A DNA stretch of 64,000 bases. Origin: an uncultured Candidatus Saccharibacteria bacterium (GTDB taxonomy: Bacteria; Patescibacteriota; WWE3; 2-01-FULL-39-13). A model generated the notes under the pieces. That model searched no databases. It was not told the DNA's origin and was given only the letters and a program-made list of their open reading frames with translations. A program made the position numbers and the translations under genes. The first letter of the stretch is position 1. Every line of letters begins with the position of its first letter. Below are positions 48,574 through 57,495 of this stretch, one piece after another. The stretch lies in the NCBI GenBank assembly GCA_965230915.1, contig OZ246395.1, forward strand, positions 536,935-600,934, given 5' to 3'.

Positions 48574-49485
48574 TTAAGTCGGAATATTTAGGACTTGCCC
48601 AGGAATTATTAAAGGATTTCCATTTGCAAGATAAGAAACGTTATTTGCATCGGCAATTTTGTGCCAATCGGCACCATTACCATAAACAGCTTCAGCAATT
48701 TCCCAAAGCGTGTCACCCCTTACGACGGTGTGCGATCCCGCTTTAATGTCGCCATGTTTGTAATCATTGGCGCGCCAAGAGCCATTATTCACAGTCATAA
48801 CATTGTTAGTCTGTGTTTGGATATTTTGCGAATCAGTGTTGGCATCATTCGCTTGAGCTATGCCAGAGCCTGTATTTGAGTTTGAACTAGTTGAACTCGC
48901 ACTTGTAGAACTTGATCCTGACACAGTATCTGGTTTGGTCATAACTATTCCATCTGAATCACCTGCATTTTCCCATTCATCCGCTCTGGATGTAGAAACG
49001 CCACCAGCGATTCGACCGTTTAAGTCAGTAACCATACCTTCATAATCATCAACATTCGGTTCATTTGTAATTTGAACGCTGGCTGTCGGGGCACCATTGC
49101 CTGTGTTAGAACTATCTCCTCCACTAAAATACCTATAAGAAACATAACCCGCTGCGATAACCAAAAATCCTGCAATTATTGCAGCAATAGCAATCGCACT
49201 AGGCCTAATTTTCCCATCTTCTTCAGTAACGCCATCCTTCACAAAATCGTCTCCGCCATCTTTAAATTCTGGTTCTGTTTGCGTATCAACCGGCTCAACT
49301 TCTTCTTTAGGGTTTGTTGTTACTACTTCCGTTTGTGGATTTTCTGTTTGTTGCAATTGAGTTTCAGGCTGAACTACAAGTTCACTTTTAACATTAGTGC
49401 TTGGTATATTTTCCAGATTTTCATCTGACTGATTAGGGTTATTTAAATCAATTGTGCCTGATTCAGGCAAAATATTTTCTGGCAT
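48574..49485 (-). CDS. membrane-anchored LysM protein
   Basis: One TM; C-terminal HTVVRGDTLWEIAE..YGNG..W..IA.AN..LIIPGQVL. Confidence 0.9.
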   Translation of the reverse strand: MPENILPESGTIDLNNPNQSDENLENIPSTNVKSELVVQPETQLQQTENPQTEVVTTNPKEEVEPVDTQTEPEFKDGGDDFVKDGVTEEDGKIRPSAIAIAAIIAGFLVIAAGYVSYRYFSGGDSSNTGNGAPTASVQITNEPNVDDYEGMVTDLNGRIAGGVSTSRADEWENAGDSDGIVMTKPDTVSGSSSTSASSTSSNSNTGSGIAQANDANTDSQNIQTQTNNVMTVNNGSWRANDYKHGDIKAGSHTVVRGDTLWEIAEAVYGNGADWHKIADANNVSYLANGNPLIIPGQVLNIPT

Positions 49486-49767
49486 AAAAACTTTGAGGCA
49501 GGAGGATTAACTTTTGTTAAGTCCAATGTATATCAGTTACAAAAAAATGTCTAGTAATTTGTGTAAGAATTTTATTTACTCCTCGAGGAAACTCATTATG
49601 AGTAAATTTATTTTTCTAAAATATTTTTTGAGTATTAAACTTTTTCTAAATAGAGAAAATTATTTAGACCAAAAGGTTATTCGGATTTATATTTTTCTCG
49701 AAAAAGGTATTTTCGTACAAATCTGCCATAGTCAGTAATATATCAAATATAGGAAGAAAATCTTTCG

Positions 49768-49844
49768 TGGCGGGAATGACGGGGCTCGAACCCGCAACCT
49801 TCTCCGTGACAGGGAGACACTCTAACCAATTGAGCTACATCCCC
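49768..49844 (-). tRNA. tRNA-Asp(GTC)
   Basis: Reverse complement GGGGATGTAGCTCAATTGG...CTGTCAC...GTTCGAGCCCCGTCATTCCCGCCA. Confidence 0.95.
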
Positions 49845-49951
49845 AAAAAAGCTTAAAAATGACTGCTTTTTGGATTGAAATACGATTAGTGGGTTTGTTT
49901 AGGTTTGTCAGGCCTCTCCATAATCAAATCGCATGGATATTATACAAAAGA

Positions 49952-50665
49952 TCAGTCACTATGTGTAGTTATCAAATAAGAAGTCGGAATTTGCGCTAAT
50001 AACCTAGCCGGACAGCTTTTTCGCTCTATTTCACCTTTTGCAAGCTTACTATATAGATCAGCCTTCGATTCCCCCATAACCAGCAAAATCGCAACTTGCG
50101 TTCTAAGCATTAATTTTCGCGAAGCACTCATTCTTTCAGGTGGAGGTTTAGGCGAATCGGTCATAAACATAAAATATTCTGATTCATCGTCATAAGAATG
50201 GTGGTTCGGATAAATTGCCCCGATATGACCGTCTTCTCCACCGCTTAAGATTACCAAATCAAATTTGCCCCCATTAGCAGCCAACTCATCTGAATATTTT
50301 TGAACGCCAAAATCAGAAGATGCGCTATCAAGCACAAATGGATGGCAATTCTCGCCACGGATCAAACCTTTTTCCCGTAACACACTTAAAAGAACTTCGT
50401 CGGCAATACGGTAATTGCTCTCGGCATCGTCTAGCGGAACTAACCTTTCATCGACCATATAAAAGTGAACTTTGTTCCATGGAATATTAGTTCTGTGGCT
50501 AAGAAGTTCGAAAATCGCCCCGACGCTTCGGCCTCCGCATAATGCGAAATTTACTTTATCTTGTTTTTGGGCAAGCTCAGTTAGGGTGTTTTCTATAAGT
50601 TGAGCGGTATAAGTATTCAGATGTTCTATATCTGGATTGTATTCGACTGCCGTAAATCCCTTCAT
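49952..50665 (-). CDS. pgl: 6-phosphogluconolactonase
   Basis: ALCGGRS, VDERLVP, SN, GEDGH, SPKPPPERMS. Confidence 0.88.
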   Translation of the reverse strand: MKGFTAVEYNPDIEHLNTYTAQLIENTLTELAQKQDKVNFALCGGRSVGAIFELLSHRTNIPWNKVHFYMVDERLVPLDDAESNYRIADEVLLSVLREKGLIRGENCHPFVLDSASSDFGVQKYSDELAANGGKFDLVILSGGEDGHIGAIYPNHHSYDDESEYFMFMTDSPKPPPERMSASRKLMLRTQVAILLVMGESKADLYSKLAKGEIERKSCPARLLAQIPTSYLITTHSD

Positions 50666-50780
50666 ATTTTTGATTCTAACATTAAATTCTTTGTACTATA
50701 ATGTGGAAGAGTTATATATCGCGCGGTTGGACGCTTCACTTCGTTCAGCTAACAACCGCAGTAGAAGACACAATATATTT

Positions 50781-50856
50781 GCGGTTGTGGCGAAGTTGGT
50801 ATCGCGTTTCCTTCCCAAGGAAAAGATCACGGGTTCGAATCCCGTCAGCCGCTCCA
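50781..50856 (+). tRNA. tRNA-Gly(CCC)
   Basis: GCGGTTG/CAGCCGC acceptor; TTTCC-TTCCCAA-GGAAA anticodon arm; 3' TCCA. Confidence 0.93.
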
Positions 50857-50858
50857 GA

Positions 50859-51566
50859 TTATTCAAAAATAACGGTATCCCCTTTAGCCGTAATCCTTAC
50901 ACTTTTAACAATATCGGCCATTTTATTCTGTATCTCAATAGATTGTTCTCCAGTAAATTCCTTTATAGTCCCAGGTTCATAATTCGCATACTGACTTTGT
51001 GCGATCCGCGTCTGAAACTCGTAACAGTTGCTTCCCGTAAAAAGCCTTAAAACTTCTCCGGTAGAAGAACTTCCGGCAGCCGCATCATTAATGCCGCCAA
51101 AATAGCTTATCCAATAGCCGTCTCCCCTTGCTTCGTTGGACATTATATCTTTATAGCCATCTGGACGTGTTACCAAACACAAATCCTTAGCATCTAAATC
51201 CTTACGTTCATAAATTCGAACACCTGCACTCTGAAAATTTGTGCCATCATAAGCAATTCCCTTATAAAATAGACAATCATTAAAATTTTCATCACATGGT
51301 GGAATCACACTATTATTCGGCATCTGACTTTTATCAGTGGCCAGGCCAAAATCATCAGGTTGAACAAATGTAATTTCGTTTAAAGTAATAACTTTGCCTT
51401 CTATAATATTGGGCCCTGCTGGCTCTGAGGATATATCTTCGGGCATTTCTACACTTTGCATCTGACTTTGATTGGTGCGGTTTGTATACAATTTCCAGGT
51501 AAAAAACCCGCCGACACTTAACAATAAAATCGAAATAATGGTAAATATATGTGGTTTTGAAACCAT
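50859..51566 (-). CDS. membrane-anchored secreted hypothetical protein
   Basis: N-terminal TM; Cys pairs; AAAGS motif. Confidence 0.7.
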   Translation of the reverse strand: MVSKPHIFTIISILLLSVGGFFTWKLYTNRTNQSQMQSVEMPEDISSEPAGPNIIEGKVITLNEITFVQPDDFGLATDKSQMPNNSVIPPCDENFNDCLFYKGIAYDGTNFQSAGVRIYERKDLDAKDLCLVTRPDGYKDIMSNEARGDGYWISYFGGINDAAAGSSSTGEVLRLFTGSNCYEFQTRIAQSQYANYEPGTIKEFTGEQSIEIQNKMADIVKSVRITAKGDTVIFE

Positions 51567-51642
51567 AAGCGCAGTATAACCCTCACATCGATTAATGCAA
51601 ACTATGGTGATAGAATATAGAAGACCCGCCTGTAGCTTTCCG

Positions 51643-51717
51643 GCCGCTCTAGCTCAACGGCAGAGCAATGGTATCGTAAACCATAGGTTATCGGTTCAAA
51701 TCCGATGGGCGGCTCCA
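51643..51717 (+). tRNA. tRNA-Thr(CGT)
   Basis: GCCGCTC/GGGCGGC acceptor; ATGGT-ATCGTAA-ACCAT anticodon arm; 3' TCCA. Confidence 0.92.
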
Positions 51718-51723
51718 CTTACT

Positions 51724-52509
51724 ATGATGAAAATCTTTAAGAATACTAATATTAAGAATTTCCAGAAAAATGTGAACGCGGTGGTAACTCCATCAATGCC
51801 TACAAAAAAATCTTCAAGAAAAGCCTACCTTATAAGACGAATTATTTTCACAAATCTTTTAAGTATCGCAGTTATCATCTGTACATATCTTTGGATGGTC
51901 TTTTTCTTATCAAGTGTTAGCTCTTTCTGGGATTTATTTAGAGGAAAGGAAGTTTCTGTAAACCAAGACACAATTCCCCCAACAGCACCATTTTTAAGCA
52001 ACGTGCCTGAAGCAACTCAAAGCTCTACATTAAATGTACAAGGCCAGGCCGAACCGGGAGTAAAGGTCGAATTATATGTTGATGGAAGCAAAATATCAGA
52101 CAGCATAAGTGATTCAAATGGAATTTTCTTATTCGACAATATTCCAGTTGGAGTCTTTAAACAGGAAATGTATGTAAAAGCAGTTGATGAAGCAGGTAAC
52201 ATAAGCAATGAGTCAAATCACTATTCAACAGTTCAAGATACAACGGCTCCTGAGGTTGAAATTACCTCGCCCGATAAAAAGGAACTTTCATACAGAGCAA
52301 CTGAACATGCATATAGAATTGCAGGAAAATCAGAACCAGGTGTCACTGTAACGGTTAACGAACAACTAGCTGTAATTAATCCAAATGGAGAATTCTTCGC
52401 AAACCTAAGACTAGAAGAAGGTGGAAATAACATCAAAATCATCGTTAAAGACAAAGCTTTAAATGAAACTGTAAATGAAGTTTATATAAACTTCAGCAAA
52501 ATCGACTAA
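51724..52509 (+). CDS. membrane-anchored Ig-like domain protein
   Basis: True start after tRNA-Thr; TM; two Ig-like repeats (DTIPP..G.AEPG..DEAGN; DTTAP..GKSEPG..DKALN). Confidence 0.8.
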   Translation: MMKIFKNTNIKNFQKNVNAVVTPSMPTKKSSRKAYLIRRIIFTNLLSIAVIICTYLWMVFFLSSVSSFWDLFRGKEVSVNQDTIPPTAPFLSNVPEATQSSTLNVQGQAEPGVKVELYVDGSKISDSISDSNGIFLFDNIPVGVFKQEMYVKAVDEAGNISNESNHYSTVQDTTAPEVEITSPDKKELSYRATEHAYRIAGKSEPGVTVTVNEQLAVINPNGEFFANLRLEEGGNNIKIIVKDKALNETVNEVYINFSKID

Positions 52510-53759
52510 TTCTTATCTCTTAACAAAAACATTGCAGTCACAATTGCTAAATTCACGCTTAATGCGGGAAAAAATAGCGAATTTATAAACTGAGAATTTA
52601 CCAGCAAAGCCACCTGAAATCCGGTAAACAGAAGTGCAAAATTATCAGTACTAGAAAGTTTAAGTGACTGAAAAAACAGCTTTATATGTGCGACCGCAAA
52701 AATTGTTAAACCGATAAACCCGGTTGTAACCCAAATAAATAATATACTTGAATCTGAACCAGAATCTGAACGGTCGCCTTCACCTTCGTCGTATTTTATA
52801 AGACCCATTTCTTTTCGAATAAATCGATAGGTGTTAAATCCATAGCCAATAAAAGGATTTTCTTTCGCTACCTCGTAAGTCTCTGACCAGGAAATATATC
52901 TAAAGTAAAATGAATCTGTCGGGTCGGTAACTCCATTTAATCTGGTTTGAACGCGTGGAACCGCATAATAGACCAAAAACATTACTAAAAGTGATAAGGG
53001 AATTATCCATTTATATTTAATTAGGCCGATTACAAAAACTAAAACAGCTAATGCTAGCCATGCGCTTCGCGAAAAAGTTAAAACAATTGCAAGCAAAATT
53101 ACGGCAAATGCCACGAAATATAAGGGCAATTTTTTACATTTAGCTTTAGCCTCAATAATATTTAAAATATCCGAAACCAAAACTGATAATGTTAAAACAA
53201 GAATTATTCCGGCAAAATTTGGGTCAAAATAAAGGCCAGTTAAGCGATTCTGATGCGGGTCCCACATTAAAGTTTTATCTAAAACAGTAAAGTCGGGCAA
53301 AAATATTAACTGTATAAATCCGATGACTGAAATCATCAAACCTTCTACAATAAGCGTATTTTTGACGATTTTGTAATCTAGCTCACTCGCTTTTAAATCG
53401 AGGTAAACGCAAATACCCGCCAATATATAAATCGTCCAACGTACTAAATATAAAGAAGAAACTATTAGGTCTGAAAATGAATTCAAATATCTATATGAAT
53501 TCAGAGTTACGATTACCGCATACAATATAAATACCAAAATTATCTTGTAAACCGTAGGTAATTTTAATTCTTTAAGCCTCAACTCAATAAAATATTGATA
53601 CGCAAAGAGGCCTAAATATGCTGTCAACAAAATATCCCAATAGTATAGGCCAATAAAAATATCACCGACACTAACTCGGGCAAAATACCCAAAAGGGAGT
53701 ACTAAAATTGTTAAAAGTATGAGAAATTTTTTGATTTTTTGTAATTTTTTAACCGACAT
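52506..53759 (-). CDS. O-antigen ligase/polymerase family protein
   Basis: RLTGLYFDPN, LTFSRSAW, R..SW, PFIGYG; multi-TM. Confidence 0.88.
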   Translation of the reverse strand: MSVKKLQKIKKFLILLTILVLPFGYFARVSVGDIFIGLYYWDILLTAYLGLFAYQYFIELRLKELKLPTVYKIILVFILYAVIVTLNSYRYLNSFSDLIVSSLYLVRWTIYILAGICVYLDLKASELDYKIVKNTLIVEGLMISVIGFIQLIFLPDFTVLDKTLMWDPHQNRLTGLYFDPNFAGIILVLTLSVLVSDILNIIEAKAKCKKLPLYFVAFAVILLAIVLTFSRSAWLALAVLVFVIGLIKYKWIIPLSLLVMFLVYYAVPRVQTRLNGVTDPTDSFYFRYISWSETYEVAKENPFIGYGFNTYRFIRKEMGLIKYDEGEGDRSDSGSDSSILFIWVTTGFIGLTIFAVAHIKLFFQSLKLSSTDNFALLFTGFQVALLVNSQFINSLFFPALSVNLAIVTAMFLLRDKN

Positions 53760-53911
53760 TTTTTAGTGAAAATTTTAGCACTTAAATATTTACAACTGCT
53801 AAAGTCGTAATATCCTCATCAGATTACGACTTTTTTAAATTTTTTATGCTGTAAAATCAATTAAATTTTCAAATTTGGCAGAATATTTTAGTAAAAGCCC
53901 CTAGCCCACTG

Positions 53912-55204
53912 TCATTTTTTGACATATTTTTTAAGGGCAAAAATTTCAGAAATTTTAACTTGCCTGAAATACCTAGTGAATTTTAATCCAACTAACATAG
54001 TGAGCGCTGCAAAAACCAAACATTCAGTTATCACAGTTAAGGCTGCGGCCGCATAGTAATCGTAAGCGGGTATAAAAATCCAGTTCATAATTCCATTAAA
54101 TACAAACGCCACGCCATAAATCCACATTAAAATGGTTTTCTTCCCTTCTATTAATGCTATCCAACTAAGTGGAGCTGACAAAAAGAAAAATACTAACCCA
54201 CCAGCTAAAATGTTAAATGGCACAATAGATTCAGACATTTCTCCCCCCCAGATAAGTGGAACTAAAAACCCGGAAGTTAAAATGGCTAAAATTGCTAATA
54301 TTATTGCGGCGATAAAAAGATAAGTAAAAACTTTTGCCGCAAATAAACGATATTTTTCTTCTGACTCATCTTTCAGCTTTATTAAAATCGGATAAGTCGC
54401 ATTCATAAAAAAAGTCGGCAACACCAGAACTACATCAAAAATTTTATAAGAAAGACTATAAATACCAACCGAAAATGGTGTCGATAAAACTGAAAGCAAT
54501 AACCGATCTACATGAATCATTAAAACATTCAAAGAAAGTGCCATACCCATCGGAAAAGCATCGATTACAACGTGTTTCCAATAATTTAAGTCTACCCAAC
54601 TAGTTTTTGTAGAAATGTATTCGCGAATAAAGTAAAGCGAAATTAGTGGGGCGATTGCCGATCCTATTAAATTAGCAGTAATTAAGCCAATTAAAGAACC
54701 TTGGAAAAAATAAATAGAAGCACTGGTCAAAATTAAAATTAATGAACTTCCCCATACAGAAGCTTTAGCTTGAAAATCGTATCGCAAAAATGACTGAAAA
54801 ATTAATGACGCAGCACTTGATAGCGAACTAAAAACAATAAGTGGAAGGCTAATTATTATCGCCCATTTAACCAAATCGCTATATGGCATAAAGTAAAGCG
54901 ATACAAGCGCGATAAGCATCAGTGCCATGCCAAATGCAAAGCGTAAAGTTAAAACTTTTGCGAAATTGGCTTTGGCAGATTCAACATTTTTAGCAAAATC
55001 CTGAACTACTATTGCGTTTACGCCAAAATCAGAAAGCAAAAAGAATGTGATTATATAAGTAGTAACTATCGAATACTCTCCGTATGTTTCTGCGCCTAAA
55101 AGACGTGTAATTAAGGCCGAAACCAAGAGTGTACTTGTCGCAGTTACAAATTTATTAATGATTTGAAAAATAGTATTTGAAGCAATTGCTTTTCTATAAG
55201 ACAT
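53912..55204 (-). CDS. polysaccharide flippase (Wzx family)
   Basis: RLLGAETYGEY, DFG, DRLLLS..VGIYS; many TMs. Confidence 0.9.
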   Translation of the reverse strand: MSYRKAIASNTIFQIINKFVTATSTLLVSALITRLLGAETYGEYSIVTTYIITFFLLSDFGVNAIVVQDFAKNVESAKANFAKVLTLRFAFGMALMLIALVSLYFMPYSDLVKWAIIISLPLIVFSSLSSAASLIFQSFLRYDFQAKASVWGSSLILILTSASIYFFQGSLIGLITANLIGSAIAPLISLYFIREYISTKTSWVDLNYWKHVVIDAFPMGMALSLNVLMIHVDRLLLSVLSTPFSVGIYSLSYKIFDVVLVLPTFFMNATYPILIKLKDESEEKYRLFAAKVFTYLFIAAIILAILAILTSGFLVPLIWGGEMSESIVPFNILAGGLVFFFLSAPLSWIALIEGKKTILMWIYGVAFVFNGIMNWIFIPAYDYYAAAALTVITECLVFAALTMLVGLKFTRYFRQVKISEIFALKKYVKK

Positions 55205-55326
55205 GAGTCTAATCAATTTTACCCTATTTAGGCTTAGTTAAAAGCGCTTGGCCGAAGTATATTTTAGCCAGTTTTGAGCATATTCCCTTTCTAGACTATT
55301 TCAATCAGGCGAGTACAATATTTAGA

Positions 55327-55923
55327 GTGAGCTCACTTCTTAAGCAATTAGAGAATTTCATAATAGACGTTTTAGAAACTGTCGTTATTGCATTATCAAT
55401 CTTTGCAGTAATTTACCTATTTGCATTTCAACCACACGAAGTAAACGGCGAATCAATGGACGGAATCGGTAAATTCCACAACGGCCAATATATTTTGACC
55501 GATAAACTCACCTATAAATTTAGAGAGCCAGTACGTGGTGAGGTTGTGGTTTTTAAATATCCCTTAGACGAAAGATATGACTACATTAAAAGAATCGTCG
55601 GGCTGCCAGGCGAAGAAATCATGCTAAGAGACAATAAAATTACTATTTATAACGCAGCACACCCTGATGGGTTCACTCTTAACGAAGATGAATATTTAGC
55701 CGACACCGTTGTAACGAGCGGCAGAGCATTTTTAGAAGAAGGTGTCATAACAAAAATTCCAAGCGGAAACTACTTTGTAATGGGAGATAACCGGCCACAG
55801 AGCGCCGATTCACGAACTTGGGGGTTTGTTCCAAAAGATGAAATAATCGGACGGAGCCTATTTAGATACTGGCCACCTCAAGAAATGGGTCTAATTCACA
55901 ACCCTGAAAATATAGAAAAATAA
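55327..55923 (+). CDS. lepB: signal peptidase I
   Basis: GESM, YIKRIVGLPGE, VMGDNR..S.DSR.WG. Confidence 0.95.
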   Translation: MSSLLKQLENFIIDVLETVVIALSIFAVIYLFAFQPHEVNGESMDGIGKFHNGQYILTDKLTYKFREPVRGEVVVFKYPLDERYDYIKRIVGLPGEEIMLRDNKITIYNAAHPDGFTLNEDEYLADTVVTSGRAFLEEGVITKIPSGNYFVMGDNRPQSADSRTWGFVPKDEIIGRSLFRYWPPQEMGLIHNPENIEK

Positions 55924-55950
55924 AATTTGAAAAATTAGCCGAAATAAAAA

Positions 55951-56220
55951 TTATTCAGCGCTTTCTAGAGGTAATACATTAACAGCCTTTTTATCGCGTC
56001 TTACATGGCTGAATTCGACTTTTCCGTCGATTTTTGAGAATAGTGTGAAATCACGGCCCATTCCAACATTTTCACCGGCAACAAATTGGCTTCCGACCTG
56101 TTTTACCAAGATTGACCCTGGTTTTACTACTTCTCCACCGAAGTGTTTTACACCCAAGTGTTTGCCTATTCTGTTTCCTTTTTGTGATGCTGTTGCTGCT
56201 GCTGCTTTCTTATGTGCCAT
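55951..56220 (-). CDS. rpmA: 50S ribosomal protein L27
   Basis: MAHKK, LGVK, GENVGMGRDFTLF. Confidence 0.96.
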   Translation of the reverse strand: MAHKKAAAATASQKGNRIGKHLGVKHFGGEVVKPGSILVKQVGSQFVAGENVGMGRDFTLFSKIDGKVEFSHVRRDKKAVNVLPLESAE

Positions 56221-56226
56221 TGTCTA

Positions 56227-56655
56227 TTATTTGGAAGCTTTTTTTGCTGGTTTAGCTGGCTTTTCGGCTTTAACTTCTGGTTTAGCCTCTTCTTTTACCT
56301 CAGCTTTCTTAGCTTTTGGAGCTTCTTCCCAAACTAATTCATTTTTAACATTTTTACCGAAATCTACAACCTTTAATGTAGTAATTGGCTGTCTGTGGCC
56401 TTTGTTTTTGCGGTATCTTGATTTAGATTTGTATCTTCTAACAACCAATTTATCGCCTTTTCTGTCAGAAATAACCTGTAATTTGACCCCAAAGTCGGAT
56501 AAAACAGGCTCTCCTAAGGTGATATTATCGCCATTTCCGACCATCATTACCTCAACAACCGAGTCTTTTGAGATACGGTCTACAGTAAGACGTTCGTCTT
56601 TCGCGATTAAATGTTGTTTTGAATTGATTTTTACGACTGCAAAATCGGTTGCCAT
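56227..56655 (-). CDS. rplU: 50S ribosomal protein L21 with Lys/Ala/Glu-rich C-tail
   Basis: FAVVKINSKQ, KSKSRYRKNKGHRQPIT; upstream of rpmA. Confidence 0.93.
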   Translation of the reverse strand: MATDFAVVKINSKQHLIAKDERLTVDRISKDSVVEVMMVGNGDNITLGEPVLSDFGVKLQVISDRKGDKLVVRRYKSKSRYRKNKGHRQPITTLKVVDFGKNVKNELVWEEAPKAKKAEVKEEAKPEVKAEKPAKPAKKASK

Positions 56656-56907
56656 AACTGGGAAATGATAGCAAATCAAGCGGTTTTTAGCAATTAGAAG
56701 TTAATTGGGGCTGGCCGAGCCTCAGTTTTCATCAAAATTTAATGGCTTTTTAACAGTTTTGTAAGAATTCCTTAATCTGCCTACCCTATTCTTAATTTAT
56801 TAAAGATCCTTCCGTTGCGGAGGGCTCCTTATAAAAGTGGCTCTTTATAGGGCCACATAGAACATTTACAATTCAACTAATTCAAAAAAGTATTTAGTTA
56901 AATATCC

Positions 56908-57471
56908 ATGAAAGATAAAAAGATTATTTTGATAACAACTTTATTGCTAGTAGTTTTAGCATTAATAATTTGGGCAGCTAATTTATCAAAAACAAATGCA
57001 AGCCTAACCAACATCGTTAAAGAAAAGGATAAGCAGATAAGCCAACTACGAGCACAAGAAAATACACCTTTCGTCCATGTTAACTTTCAAGAAGCCGAAA
57101 AACGAATAATTGAAGCTATAAAGAATTCAGAGCAGTATAAATCAGAGGAAAACGACGTAGAACCGTATGCATATCTAAAATTTACAAACTCAGGGTTTAT
57201 AACTGATGGGAAATGGTTTTACGGATCAATGAGATATGCAAATGTGTATAAAGAGACCGATGATTTTAATTACATCGAGGGGAAGCCTCTTGCTTCAATA
57301 TTAGATGGGTATAACTATATAGTGAAATTCAATTACAAAGGAGAAATAGAAAAACTGGAGGTAATGTACTTATCACCAAACGAAAAGTGGAATCAGATAG
57401 TAAATGAACTTCCTGAAAATGTAATGCCCCAGCACCAAAAAAGTTATATGCAACTCCCTTCCGAAAACTAG
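56908..57471 (+). CDS. membrane-anchored protein paralogous to N-terminal domain of downstream M23 peptidase
   Basis: N-terminal TM and coiled coil; W.YG..DGY..LP.N..P motif shared with next gene. Confidence 0.75.
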   Translation: MKDKKIILITTLLLVVLALIIWAANLSKTNASLTNIVKEKDKQISQLRAQENTPFVHVNFQEAEKRIIEAIKNSEQYKSEENDVEPYAYLKFTNSGFITDGKWFYGSMRYANVYKETDDFNYIEGKPLASILDGYNYIVKFNYKGEIEKLEVMYLSPNEKWNQIVNELPENVMPQHQKSYMQLPSEN

Positions 57472-57495
57472 AAGATAACTTGAAAGGATTAGGTC

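Noticed and set aside
51595-51723. N-terminal extension of the Ig-like ORF, and ORFs at 50637, 50701 and 62364
   Set aside because: They read through tRNA genes; the true start is 51724 and the others are spurious
56045-56668. 207-aa plus-strand ORF
   Set aside because: Antisense to rplU-rpmA
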